From Clostridium sp. CAG:245 (GTDB lineage: Bacteria; Bacillota; Clostridia; TANB77; CAG-508), in assembly GCA_000435175.1 (NCBI GenBank), contig FR880072.1, positions 19,114 through 82,336 of the forward strand: DNA of 63,223 nucleotides, written 5' to 3'. The notes beneath the pieces are model-generated. The model was not told where the DNA came from. It did no database searches and was given only the letters and a program-made list of their open reading frames with translations. Of the stretch, positions 18,854-29,285 are shown in pieces. How positions within the stretch are numbered: position 1 is the stretch's first letter; each line of letters opens with the position of its first letter. The position numbers and the translations under genes were made by a program.

Positions 18854-20173
18854 CTATTTTTTAGTTGGTTTTCCTAGTAGTCTAAACATGTTTTTCTTGT
18901 ATTTTTCAACTCCTGGTTGGTTGAATGGGTTTACTCCAAGTATTGAACCAGACATTGCGCATGCAAGTTCGAAGAAATATATTAATTGTCCTAAAGTCTC
19001 TGCATTTAATTCTTGCATAGTTATTAATATATTTGGTACTTCTCCATCAGCATGTGCTTCTATTGTACCTTCCATTGCTTTTTTATTTACAAAATCTAAT
19101 GATTTGCCAACTAAGTAATTTAGTCCATCTAAATCATCTTCATCTAAGTTTATGCTTATGTCTGAACCTGGCTTTTCTATTCTTATTACTGTTTCAAATA
19201 GATTTCTTCTTCCTTCTTGAATGTATTGCCCTAAAGAATGTAAATCTGTTGTAAAGTCTACTCCTGTTGGGAATATTCCCTTTCCGTCTTTTCCTTCGCT
19301 CTCACCATAGAGTTGTTTCCACCACTCTGTTACATAGTGCATTTTTGGTTCGTAGTTTGCTAGTATTTCAATATTCTTATCATCTTTATATAAGATATTT
19401 CTTGCAACGGCATATTGATAACATTCATTATATTTTAAATCTTCATCACAATATTTATCTTGAGCAAATCTTGCACCTTTAATTAATTTATCTATATCAA
19501 CACCTGCAACAGCTATTGGTAAAAGTCCTACTGGAGTAAGTACTGAATATCTTCCTCCTACATTGTCTGGAATAATAAATGTTTCGTAATTTTCTTTTTC
19601 TGCTAATTGCTTTAATGCTCCTTTTTCCTTGTCTGTTGTAACATATATTCTGCTTCTTGCTTCTTCCAAATCATATTTAGCTTCTAACAACTCTCTAAAT
19701 ATTCTAAATGCAATAGCCGGCTCTGTTGTAGTTCCAGATTTTGAAATTACATTTATAGAAAAGTCTTTATTACTTATTAAATCTATTAGCTCGCTCATGT
19801 AGTTAGGGCTTAAATTGTTTCCAACATATATTATCTGAGGAGTTTTTCTTTCTTCTTTGTCTTGTAAATTATAAAATGTATTCGTCAATGCCTCTATTAC
19901 TGCTCTAGCGCCAAGATATGAGCCACCAATTCCAATAACAAGTAGCACATCAGAATTTGCTTGAATTTTCTTTGCACATTCTTTTATTTTCTTAAATTCT
20001 TTTTTATTATATTTAGTAGGAAGTTCTAACCATCCTAAAAATTCATTTTCATCATCTTTTTTCTCGTGTAATTCTGTATGAATTTCTTCTACCTTTTTGC
20101 TATATTTAAAGATAGAACTTTCGGTTATGCCAGCATTTTTTAAATCTAACTTTAGTCCAACCATATATTTCAC
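18854..20173 (-). CDS. pgi: Glucose-6-phosphate isomerase
   Basis: 439 aa containing [12 protein letters not shown] and SKSGTTTEP motifs. Confidence 0.93.
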   Translation of the reverse strand: MKYMVGLKLDLKNAGITESSIFKYSKKVEEIHTELHEKKDDENEFLGWLELPTKYNKKEFKKIKECAKKIQANSDVLLVIGIGGSYLGARAVIEALTNTFYNLQDKEERKTPQIIYVGNNLSPNYMSELIDLISNKDFSINVISKSGTTTEPAIAFRIFRELLEAKYDLEEARSRIYVTTDKEKGALKQLAEKENYETFIIPDNVGGRYSVLTPVGLLPIAVAGVDIDKLIKGARFAQDKYCDEDLKYNECYQYAVARNILYKDDKNIEILANYEPKMHYVTEWWKQLYGESEGKDGKGIFPTGVDFTTDLHSLGQYIQEGRRNLFETVIRIEKPGSDISINLDEDDLDGLNYLVGKSLDFVNKKAMEGTIEAHADGEVPNILITMQELNAETLGQLIYFFELACAMSGSILGVNPFNQPGVEKYKKNMFRLLGKPTKK

Positions 20174-20296
20174 TCCTTTGTTTATTATATTTACAGTATT
20201 TATAATATATTAATTTTTTCTTTGTTTCAAGTGTTTTAGTAATATTTTTGTTGTAATAGCATACATTTATTATAAGTAAAAATAAAGGAGAAAACA

Positions 20297-21415
20297 ATGG
20301 TAAATGTAGCCGTAATAAATATAAAAAGTTTAATAAAAATCTTACTTATTCTATTTGTAGTAATATTTTTTATTTATTTTGTACAAGGCCTATCTATTAA
20401 TTTAAATAAGCTTGCTTTTTCTCCTTTTATCTTAAACCAAACAATTCCTGGTATTGCTACCACCAATAACTCAGATTTTTCTTCCATCGAGACATCATAC
20501 ATAGAATCAAAAAGTCCTCTACAATTTTTGCTAAATTCACAGCTCCCAGTTATGTCGTCTATAAAAGTAGCAACTCATGAAAGTGAAAATAATATTGTCG
20601 AAGAGCCTACCATTGTTGAAAATAATAATACCGATAATACTATTGAACATGCTAGTACGAATCTAGAGACACAAGTAATTGATTCTGCTGTGCCAAATAA
20701 ATACACAAATGATTATCACGGTGTTGAAATCAAAAATGGAACTAATTACACTTTAACTGATGATATTTTAAATTATGATAATTTAGAAATTAATAAAAAC
20801 GATGTGATGATTTTTCACACTCATACTTGCGAAAGTTACACTCCAACGGAAAATTTTGCATATGAAGAAAGTGGAACTTTTAGAACTACAGATTTAGATT
20901 ATTCTGTGGTACGTGTTGGTAATTCTCTTACAGACCAGCTAACTTCATATGGTTTTAATGTTGTACATGACAAAACATATCATGATTATCCCGCATATTC
21001 TGGTTCATATGGTAGGTCTATGGCAACGGTCGAAAACTTGTTAATTTCACACCCCAATACAGATATAATTATAGACTTACATAGAGATGCTATTGCAGAT
21101 ACTTCTTATGCTCCTTCTATTAAAATTGGAGATGAGGTTGTATCTCAACTAATGTTTGTAATCGGAACAGATGGTGGAGGCCTAGAACACCCTAACTGGC
21201 AAAAGAATTTACAATTTGCAGTAAAAGTTCAGAAAAAAGCAAACGAATTATACCCTGGGTTATTTAGACCAATACTATTAAGAAACAGCAGATATAACCA
21301 GCAACTTGGAAAAGCAGCCTGCATAATAGAAGTAGGAGCTACTGGAAATACATTAGAACAATCAATGGCTAGCATGAAATATTTAGCAAGAGTATTTTCA
21401 TCAATTTTTGACTAA
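20297..21415 (+). CDS. spoIIP: Stage II sporulation protein P
   Basis: N-terminal TM helix, then IFHTHTCESYTP...DLHRDA...NQQL, typical of SpoIIP. Confidence 0.8.
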   Translation: MVNVAVINIKSLIKILLILFVVIFFIYFVQGLSINLNKLAFSPFILNQTIPGIATTNNSDFSSIETSYIESKSPLQFLLNSQLPVMSSIKVATHESENNIVEEPTIVENNNTDNTIEHASTNLETQVIDSAVPNKYTNDYHGVEIKNGTNYTLTDDILNYDNLEINKNDVMIFHTHTCESYTPTENFAYEESGTFRTTDLDYSVVRVGNSLTDQLTSYGFNVVHDKTYHDYPAYSGSYGRSMATVENLLISHPNTDIIIDLHRDAIADTSYAPSIKIGDEVVSQLMFVIGTDGGGLEHPNWQKNLQFAVKVQKKANELYPGLFRPILLRNSRYNQQLGKAACIIEVGATGNTLEQSMASMKYLARVFSSIFD

Positions 21416-21419
21416 TTCA

Positions 21420-21470
21420 AAAGTGTCTAGAACTATTAAATTAAAATTTAATAATTCTAGACACTTTTTA
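21420..21470. terminator. Bidirectional terminator
   Basis: AAGTGTCTAGAA ... TTCTAGACACTT, a 12-bp stem flanked by A and T runs. Confidence 0.75.
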
Positions 21471-21477
21471 TAATATC

Positions 21478-22818
21478 TTAAAAAACATTTGCATTCTGTA
21501 TTTTTTGAGAATTTACAGTAATAATTTGTGCAAGTAATTGTTGCAATAAAGGGCTTAATTCCTCTTGGCTATAATCATTTAATGCAACACTGTTTTCACC
21601 ATTTAATTCTGTAACTGTTACATCTTTAAATGTTATTGCATTATTGTATTCTACATTAAATTGTACGTCATTTGCATCATATGATACATAAACTTTTTCA
21701 GTTGCTCCATTATCCGAAATACCATCTAATTCAAAGCCAATTTCAAGTGAGCAATTCTCTTCTGAACTTGTTATAGTATATTTGCTTTTACTTGCAGATT
21801 TCTCTTTAGATATTGTATATTCTATATTGTTTGGAGTTGCAGTTGTTTCCTCTGTAAGCACATCTGCTGTATCAAAAGAACCTGTCTGTTTTATTGTAAT
21901 ATTCTTGCCTCGTTCTAATATTACAGACAATCCTACATTATCTTCATCTGTATTCACCTCAACATCAGCTTCCACACCATTTTCAGTACTTGTTAAAGTT
22001 ATCTTAATAGATGTATTTGAAAAATCTTGTTCATTTAAATCATTAATTTCTTGGTCAATATTATCTTGATATGTTGATATATCATCACTCATGCCCAACA
22101 TTTTAATAATTTCCGAGTCATTTTTAGCCTCATTTAAGCAGTATATCATAATATTTTTTAGGTTATCTTTTTCGATTGTTAATGTATATGAAGTATTATT
22201 ATTTTTTGTAAAGTTTGACTCTGAAAGTTGTCCTGCCAATTTTCCTATATATTTTGTTACTAGGCTTTTGATATTTTGAACAGTTATTGATGACTTATCC
22301 AATTTTATATTGTTTGGCACTTTCATTTCTTCATCAATTCCTAATTTATTAGAAAGCTCATCTAGGTTTTCATTTTTTATTCCAACATATTTATTAGCAA
22401 CTTCGTCAGAGCCAAGTGCAATCATCTGATTATTTTTTACAAGTTTAAATGCAAATTTTTCAGAATCCGAATAATTAATAGTTATTTCTTGTTCAAAATT
22501 ATCATTATCTACATCTGTTGCGCCTTTAATTGTAAGATTTAAGTCTGTATTAATATCAGTATTACCTCCTGATTTTACTCTTAATACTCCAGTGTTTTCA
22601 TAATTATTTGCTGATTTATTTGTGTAATACGTTTTTATGTTTTCATCATAAAAGAAATTATATAATTCCATATCTAACATGGTTCCATATTTAGAAAACA
22701 TTTGTGAATTACTTTTTAATAAATCTGTTGCAAAATACACATAAGCAAAAGCACCTCCGCAAACTGCTAATATAATCAATAACACTATTATTACAATTAA
22801 AGCTTTTTTATTTTTCAT
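21478..22818 (-). CDS. Hypothetical membrane-anchored protein
   Basis: 446 aa with an N-terminal TM helix (ALIVIIVLLIILAVCGGAFAYVYF) and an Asn/Asp/Thr-rich extracellular portion. No motif recognised. Confidence 0.6.
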   Translation of the reverse strand: MKNKKALIVIIVLLIILAVCGGAFAYVYFATDLLKSNSQMFSKYGTMLDMELYNFFYDENIKTYYTNKSANNYENTGVLRVKSGGNTDINTDLNLTIKGATDVDNDNFEQEITINYSDSEKFAFKLVKNNQMIALGSDEVANKYVGIKNENLDELSNKLGIDEEMKVPNNIKLDKSSITVQNIKSLVTKYIGKLAGQLSESNFTKNNNTSYTLTIEKDNLKNIMIYCLNEAKNDSEIIKMLGMSDDISTYQDNIDQEINDLNEQDFSNTSIKITLTSTENGVEADVEVNTDEDNVGLSVILERGKNITIKQTGSFDTADVLTEETTATPNNIEYTISKEKSASKSKYTITSSEENCSLEIGFELDGISDNGATEKVYVSYDANDVQFNVEYNNAITFKDVTVTELNGENSVALNDYSQEELSPLLQQLLAQIITVNSQKIQNANVF

Positions 22819-22822
22819 CTTC

Positions 22823-24202
22823 TTATTCTCCCTTTATCACTTTTTTAATACTCCCCGCATTAAATTCTGTTAATTTTTCTTCTCCTGTTTCCATATTTTT
22901 TACTTTTACTGTATTATTTGCAATTTCATCATCACCAATTACTATTACATATGGAATTTCAAGCTTGTCTGCGTATTTCATTTTTGCTTTTATTTTTTTG
23001 TTATTTAAATATATTTCTGTATTTATCCCTAATTCTCTCAAACTTGTTGCTAATTCTAGTGGAGCTTTTTTATTTTCTGTCATTGGAATTATTAATACAT
23101 CAGAAATTGATTTTTTATCTGCTTTAATTAAATTTAATTCATTTAATTTGTAGAATAATCTTGTTAGACCTATTGATACGCCAACTCCCGGAAGTTTTCT
23201 ATCTGTGTAATTTTCTGCTAAATTTTCATATCTTCCACCAGAGCAAACACTTCCAATTTCTCTATAGTCATTTAAGAAGGTTTCATATACGGTTCCCGTA
23301 TAGTAATCTAACCCTCTTGCTATTGTAAGGTCAACTGTGAAGTTTTTATCTGGCACTCCAAATAATCTAATATTTTCAACTACTTCTTTTAACTCATTTA
23401 CGCCTCTCGTAAATGTAGCATTTGTCATATTATCTGCACCAACATCTGTATTTTGAGACTCGCTTTCCACAATATTTGCACTATATAAGTCCATTTTTTC
23501 AAGCTTTTCTATCTTTTCATCTGCACTTCCGTCTATTCTTATAAAATCTATTATTGTGTTTACTATTTTTTCGCCTACTCCAAGCTCTGCTATTTCTTTT
23601 CTTACAGCTTGCTCTCCAATTTTATCTATTTTATCGATTATTCTTAAGATTTCTACAGATTTATCTTTTTGGCCAATCCCTTCAAATAAACCATTTAAAA
23701 TTTTTCTGTTATTTATTTTTATTGTAAAATTTTCAAATCCTAAAGTTCTAAAAGTCGAATAAATCACAGCTGGAAGCTCTGCATCATTTATAATGTCTAA
23801 AGTTTCATCTCCAATTATATCAATATCACATTGATAAAACTCTCTATATCTTCCCTTTTGTGCTTTTTCTCCTCTGTACACTTTCCCTATTTGATATCTT
23901 CTAAATGGAAAACTTAAATTTCCATAATTTTTTGCTACATATTTTGCAAGTGGTACAGTTAAATCAAATCTTAAAGCTAAATCCGTATCACCTTTTTCAA
24001 ATCTGTATATTTGCTTTTCTGTTTCTCCACCAGCTTTTGCAAGCAATACTTCAGCATATTCAATTATAGGCGTATCTATTGGCAAAAATCCAAATTTTTG
24101 ATACGATTTTTCAATTTTTTGCTTCATATCATCAAATAAAATCTGCTCACTTGGCAATAGTTCCATAAAACCAGGTAGAGTTCTTGGTTCTGTCTTTCCC
24201 AT
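22823..24202 (-). CDS. hisS: Histidyl-tRNA synthetase
   Basis: Contains LRFDLTVPLAKY, YRGEKAQKGRYREFYQCDIDIIG and GGRYENL motifs. There is no T-box: only 55 nt lie upstream. Confidence 0.92.
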   Translation of the reverse strand: MGKTEPRTLPGFMELLPSEQILFDDMKQKIEKSYQKFGFLPIDTPIIEYAEVLLAKAGGETEKQIYRFEKGDTDLALRFDLTVPLAKYVAKNYGNLSFPFRRYQIGKVYRGEKAQKGRYREFYQCDIDIIGDETLDIINDAELPAVIYSTFRTLGFENFTIKINNRKILNGLFEGIGQKDKSVEILRIIDKIDKIGEQAVRKEIAELGVGEKIVNTIIDFIRIDGSADEKIEKLEKMDLYSANIVESESQNTDVGADNMTNATFTRGVNELKEVVENIRLFGVPDKNFTVDLTIARGLDYYTGTVYETFLNDYREIGSVCSGGRYENLAENYTDRKLPGVGVSIGLTRLFYKLNELNLIKADKKSISDVLIIPMTENKKAPLELATSLRELGINTEIYLNNKKIKAKMKYADKLEIPYVIVIGDDEIANNTVKVKNMETGEEKLTEFNAGSIKKVIKGE

Positions 24203-24220
24203 ATTCTTCTCCTTTCATTT

Positions 24221-24253
24221 TTCGTCCAAAAAGGGTCGTCCCCATTGGGCGAA
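24221..24253. repeat. 33-nt GC-rich hairpin element, copy A
   Basis: ttcgtccaaaaagggtcgtccccattgggcgaa aligns without gaps to the copies at 32638-32670 and 48221-48253. Confidence 0.8.
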
Positions 24254-24257
24254 AATT

Positions 24258-24908
24258 TTAACATTCTTGTCGAGGTTTTAGTTCTAGGTAAATTGGCTTT
24301 TCTTCCTTTATTAATGTAGATTTTCCATGCCCCGGATATACTATTGTTTCGTCTGGTAATACAAGTAATTTTTTTGTAATCGAGTCTATTATTTGTACGA
24401 ACGAACTGGTTGGTAAATCTGTTCTTCCCCAAGTTCCTCTAAATAATGTGTCTCCCGAAAATAATAATCCTTCCTTTTCACAATATAACGAAGTAGAACC
24501 TTTTGTGTGTCCTGGAGTGTGTATTACTCTAAATTCTAGGCTTCCAACATGAATTAAATCTCTGTCGTCTACTCTTGAATCTGGTTCTAGTTCTATGTCT
24601 CCCATGTTAATGCAGGCGCTTAGATTTATGTTTTCGTCATCTAAACCTTCTGCATCGTCTCTATGGATTAATATTTTGCCACCTTTTTTACTCTTTACCT
24701 CTGAAACGGCTCCAATGTGGTCTCCATGGCAATGTGTTAAATAAATGTATTTTACATTTGCCTCTAATATATCTAGCATTTCTAAAATTTTATCTGCTTC
24801 TCCACCCGGATCTATAACCATTGTTTCTTTTGTTTCTTCGTCTTCTACTATGTAACAATTTGTTGCTTCTCCTAATGTCGTTTGTACTTTTAATCTTTTT
24901 AAAATCAT
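24258..24908 (-). CDS. MBL-fold metallo-hydrolase (glyoxalase II-like)
   Basis: 216 aa with the THCHGDH motif, in the usual relA-to-hisS neighbourhood. Confidence 0.85.
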   Translation of the reverse strand: MILKRLKVQTTLGEATNCYIVEDEETKETMVIDPGGEADKILEMLDILEANVKYIYLTHCHGDHIGAVSEVKSKKGGKILIHRDDAEGLDDENINLSACINMGDIELEPDSRVDDRDLIHVGSLEFRVIHTPGHTKGSTSLYCEKEGLLFSGDTLFRGTWGRTDLPTSSFVQIIDSITKKLLVLPDETIVYPGHGKSTLIKEEKPIYLELKPRQEC

Positions 24909-24970
24909 GTGTTGCTCCTATTTATTCCTTGGCTTCGTTTTATACGCAAGTCATATTTTTCATATATGTT

Positions 24971-27166
24971 TTATTTATTTCTTCTTACTTCATATACGCT
25001 GTCTATTTTTCTTATTGCTTTTAAAACACTGTTCAACTGTGCTATATTGCTTACTTCTAGCGTTAATTCCGTTAATACTATTCTTTCTTTAGATACTTTT
25101 GATGATACCGCCATTATAGGTGTTTTTTCTGCAGTTATTGTTGCAATTATGTCTGCAAGCAATCCATCTCTATCATTTGAAAATACTACAACATCAACAT
25201 TATAGCTCGATGGTTTGTCTGTATACCATGAAACATCTATCATTCTGTTTTCTTCAGATACCAAGTCTTTTACGTTCTTGCAGTCTTTTCTATGTACAGA
25301 TACGCCTCTTCCTTTTGTAATATATCCAACAATTTCGTCTCCTGGTACTGGGTTACAACATTTTGATAGTTTTACTAGACAGTTGTCTATTCCTTTTACA
25401 ATTACACCACTTGTTGATGGTTTGTTGTTTGTCTTTTCCTTTGTAAGTTCTTCTATTTTTTCTTCTAGATTTTCTTCTTTATGAACTTTTCTGTATTCTT
25501 CAAGTACTCTTGAAACTATTTTATTTGCTGTAATTGTTCCGAATCCAACACTTGCAAACATGTCATCTGCACTATTATATTTGTATCTTTCAAGTGCAGC
25601 TTCAACAAACTCCGGTCTAAACAATTCTGGGTAGCTCATTCCAATTTTCTTTACTTCTTTTTCTAAAAAGTCTTTTCCTCTTGCAATGTTTTCTACTCTT
25701 TCATTTTTCTTGAACCATTGTTGAATTCTAGTCTTTGCTGTACTACTCTTTATAAATTTAAGCCAGTCTCTACTTGGTCCTTTAGATTTATCTGATGTAA
25801 TAATCTCTACAATATCACCATTTTTTAATTTTGTTACAATAGGCATCATCTTGCTGTTTATCTTACAGCCAGTCATATGGTTTCCTATTTCTTCATGAAT
25901 ACTATAAGCAAAATCTATTGGTGTGGCTCCTCTTGGTAATACTTGAATTTTTCCCTTTGGAGTAAACACATAAACCTCATCTTCAAACAACTCTGTTTTT
26001 AATGTATTTAAGAACTCTTGTGGGTCTTGCATGTCTTTTTGCCATTCAAGTGTTTCTCTTAGCCAAGATAATTTATCTTGATTTACTACTACATTTGCCT
26101 TCTTGCCTCCCATGAAGCTTGCCTCTTTGTAGGCCCAGTGTGCGGCAATACCATATTCGGCTATTCTATGCATATCCCAAGTACGAATCTGTACCTCGAA
26201 TGGAGTTCCTTTTGGTCCTATCAAAGTTGTGTGTAAAGATTGGTACATGTTAGGTTTTGGAACCGAAATATAATCCTTAAATCTTCCTGGCATTGGGTTA
26301 TAAAGCTCATGCACAACACCTAATGCCGCATAACAATCCTTTACAGAATTTACAATAATTCTTAATGCGAATAAATCATAAATCTGGTCCAGAGTCTTAT
26401 TGTCTCTCTGCATTTTTCTAAAAATACTATATAAATGCTTTGCTCTACCAGTTATTTCAGCTTCTATTTTTTGCTTTTTTAATTGAACTCTTATCTCGTC
26501 CATAATCTGGTCGATGAATTTCAACCTTTCTTCTCTCTTCTTGTCTATTCCTTCAACAAGTTCTCTATATTCCTCTGGGTATAAATATTTAAATGATAAA
26601 TCCTCTAGTTCCCATTTTAAAGAATACATACCAAGTCTATTTGCAAGTGGAGCATACAAGTCCATTGTCTCCCTTGCATTTGCAATTTGACGGTCTCTGG
26701 CCAAATATTTTAATGTTCTCATGTTATGAAGTCTATCGGCTAATTTAATAAGAATTACTCTTATGTCTTTTCCCATTGCCAAGAACATTTTTCTGTAGTT
26801 TTCAACTTGTTGCTCTTGTTCACTCGTATAATTTAATTTTCCAAGCTTTGTAACACCATCAACCATTTCTGCAATCTCTGGCGAAAATTCCTTAGACAAA
26901 TCTTGCAAAGTTACATCTGTATCTTCAATTACATCATGTAAAAGAGCAGCACAAATAGTGCTCTCATCAAGTCCAAGTGTAGACAATATATATGCAACTT
27001 GAACCGGATGGATTATGTATGGTTCTCCAGACCTTCTTAATTGGTCTCCATGTTTAGACTTTGCAAAATCATATGCTCTTCTTATTAATTTTAAATCTGC
27101 TCTTCTATTAGATTTTTTTGCATTTTCTAATACTTCTTCTATGGTGTGATTTACGTTTTCCGACAT
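24971..27166 (-). CDS. relA: Bifunctional (p)ppGpp synthetase/hydrolase
   Basis: 731 aa with an HD domain (HDVIEDT), synthetase motifs (YQSLHTTL, EVQIRT), and TGS and ACT regions. Confidence 0.95.
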   Translation of the reverse strand: MSENVNHTIEEVLENAKKSNRRADLKLIRRAYDFAKSKHGDQLRRSGEPYIIHPVQVAYILSTLGLDESTICAALLHDVIEDTDVTLQDLSKEFSPEIAEMVDGVTKLGKLNYTSEQEQQVENYRKMFLAMGKDIRVILIKLADRLHNMRTLKYLARDRQIANARETMDLYAPLANRLGMYSLKWELEDLSFKYLYPEEYRELVEGIDKKREERLKFIDQIMDEIRVQLKKQKIEAEITGRAKHLYSIFRKMQRDNKTLDQIYDLFALRIIVNSVKDCYAALGVVHELYNPMPGRFKDYISVPKPNMYQSLHTTLIGPKGTPFEVQIRTWDMHRIAEYGIAAHWAYKEASFMGGKKANVVVNQDKLSWLRETLEWQKDMQDPQEFLNTLKTELFEDEVYVFTPKGKIQVLPRGATPIDFAYSIHEEIGNHMTGCKINSKMMPIVTKLKNGDIVEIITSDKSKGPSRDWLKFIKSSTAKTRIQQWFKKNERVENIARGKDFLEKEVKKIGMSYPELFRPEFVEAALERYKYNSADDMFASVGFGTITANKIVSRVLEEYRKVHKEENLEEKIEELTKEKTNNKPSTSGVIVKGIDNCLVKLSKCCNPVPGDEIVGYITKGRGVSVHRKDCKNVKDLVSEENRMIDVSWYTDKPSSYNVDVVVFSNDRDGLLADIIATITAEKTPIMAVSSKVSKERIVLTELTLEVSNIAQLNSVLKAIRKIDSVYEVRRNK

Positions 27167-27196
27167 ACTACCATCTCCCTTTACCTCTAAAAGACT

Positions 27197-28888
27197 TTAG
27201 CTTATGCTATGTCTCATGTCTTTTAGATTAATTTGTATATTTTCCATTCCCTTATAACTATTTATCTCTAAGTTTCCTACAACATCTACTTTTGAACCTA
27301 TCGCATATTCAGAAGATATATTTCCTAAATTAAATCCTATTGTGTCTATGTATTTGTTTTCGTCTTGAAGCATTGCTTTCAAGTGTTTTCCTTCCGAAAG
27401 TGTTCTGATTGATGTTATTTTCAAATTACTAATTTGGAATAATGGCATCTTATTTCCTTCTCCAAATGGTTCTAGCAATTCTAAGTCTTTTATATCTTTT
27501 ATGCTGATATCTTGTAATTGTACCTTTTCATCTATTTTAATTACTGGAACAATAGATGAAATGTTAGATTTTTCAGCATATTCTTCAAACTCTTTTTTAA
27601 ATTTTTCAAAATTATCTTTTTCTATTGTAATTCCAATTGCCATGCTGTGTCCACCAAATTGCTTGATGTACGTACTGCATTTTTCTAATGCCTCATGCAA
27701 GTCAAATCCAGGAATACTTCTTCCAGAACCACGAGCTAAATCGTCTTCGTAGCAAAGTAATACGCTAGGCTTAAAATACATGTCTGTAATCTTTGATGAA
27801 ACAATTCCAATAACGCCATGGTGCCAGTTTTCTCCACCTAATACTATACATGGAAGTCTCTGCTGTTCTGGGTCTTCCATCATCTTTTGAGCTTCATTAA
27901 ATATTCTCTTTTCAATTTCTTGGCGTTCTTGATTATACTCATTTAAATTATGTGTTATTCTCTCTGCCTCATCTTTACTATCTGTTAAAAATAGCTCTAA
28001 AGCTTCTTTTTCATGCCCCATTCTTCCACACGCATTTATTCTTGGAGCAACTCCAAAAGATATTGCCATAGAATCTATTTTTTTATAACCAATACTATCT
28101 AATAATACTTTTAAACCAATATTTCGTGTCTGTCTAACTAGCTTTAATCCTAATTTTGATATAGTTCTATTTTCGTCTACAAGTGGAACAATATCAGAAA
28201 TTGTTCCAACACATACTAAATCTAAGTATTTTAAATATTCCTCTTCTCTTACTCCCAGCCTCATCGAAATAGCCTGAGTTAATTTAAACGCAACACCTAC
28301 ACCAGCTAACCCATTAAATGGGTATTTGTTGTCTTTTCTCTTACAATCAACCACTGCAACCGCATCTGGCAATGTTTCGGTTGGTTCGTGGTGGTCAGTC
28401 ACAACAGTATCTATTCCAAATGACTTTGCAAGTTCAATCTCTTTGTTTCCAGTAATTCCACAATCAACCGTTATAATCAATGTATGTTTATTGTCTGCAA
28501 TTTCTCTTATTGCATTCTCGTTTAACCCATACCCCTCATGCAATCTATTTGGAATATACACATCTGTTTCAAGCCCTCTCTCAGCCAAAAATCTCTTCAA
28601 AACAGTGCTACTCGTAATTCCATCAACATCATAATCTCCATAAATTGCAACCTTTTCATGAGTTTCAATTGCCTTAACGACTCTATCTACCGCCTTCTCC
28701 ATGTCTGGCATCATGAACGGATCATGAAAATCTGTCCTTCTTGGATGTAAGAAAACCTCTATCTCATCACTGTTTGTTAATCCTTTATTTGCAATAATAT
28801 TTGCAACCAATTTACTTACGTTAAATTCTTCTGATATCTTGTTAATCAGTACATCATTTGCTTCGTTTAATTCCCATTTTTTATTCAA
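27197..28888 (-). CDS. recJ: Single-stranded-DNA-specific exonuclease RecJ
   Basis: 563 aa with DHH motifs (GDYDVDGITS, TDHH) and the DHHA1 motif GGHSMAIG. Confidence 0.93.
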   Translation of the reverse strand: MNKKWELNEANDVLINKISEEFNVSKLVANIIANKGLTNSDEIEVFLHPRRTDFHDPFMMPDMEKAVDRVVKAIETHEKVAIYGDYDVDGITSSTVLKRFLAERGLETDVYIPNRLHEGYGLNENAIREIADNKHTLIITVDCGITGNKEIELAKSFGIDTVVTDHHEPTETLPDAVAVVDCKRKDNKYPFNGLAGVGVAFKLTQAISMRLGVREEEYLKYLDLVCVGTISDIVPLVDENRTISKLGLKLVRQTRNIGLKVLLDSIGYKKIDSMAISFGVAPRINACGRMGHEKEALELFLTDSKDEAERITHNLNEYNQERQEIEKRIFNEAQKMMEDPEQQRLPCIVLGGENWHHGVIGIVSSKITDMYFKPSVLLCYEDDLARGSGRSIPGFDLHEALEKCSTYIKQFGGHSMAIGITIEKDNFEKFKKEFEEYAEKSNISSIVPVIKIDEKVQLQDISIKDIKDLELLEPFGEGNKMPLFQISNLKITSIRTLSEGKHLKAMLQDENKYIDTIGFNLGNISSEYAIGSKVDVVGNLEINSYKGMENIQINLKDMRHSIS

Positions 28889-29170
28889 ATTTTTCTCCTT
28901 ACCTTTTTAACATAATATTGACAATATTTTATAACAAACAGCCCAAAAATACAAGCATTTGAGGTAAAAATCATTTGGTAAATGTGAAATATCATATCTT
29001 TTGGCGGTCTGTAAATTGTATCAAGTAATGTTTTAGATTTAAGAATAGAGCAGTCATTGAATTACATTGTTTAGGCTTGTATACCTGTTGTAAATGGCAA
29101 AATAGTATGTCTTTACATCTACACCTGTGAATATACATACTTTTTTATTTTTTTAATTTGCTGAGTATAC

Positions 29171-29203
29171 CAAAACAACAGGAGGCGAAAATTTCGCCTC
29201 CTG
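29171..29203 (-). terminator. Intrinsic terminator of the PhoH2-like gene
   Basis: The reverse strand reads CAGGAGGCGAAA-T-TTTCGCCTCCTG followed by TTGTTTTG. Confidence 0.75.
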
Positions 29204-29285
29204 CCACTTGCTATGGAGTATTATTAGATTTACAATCACCTATCCTTTATATTTCGTTTGGTTATAACTTCTCTCTAATTTTACA

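Noticed and set aside
24124-24432. 102-aa minus-strand ORF spanning the hisS start and the MBL-hydrolase 3' end
   Set aside because: It overlaps two well-supported genes out of frame and runs through hairpin repeat copy A. It has no RBS.
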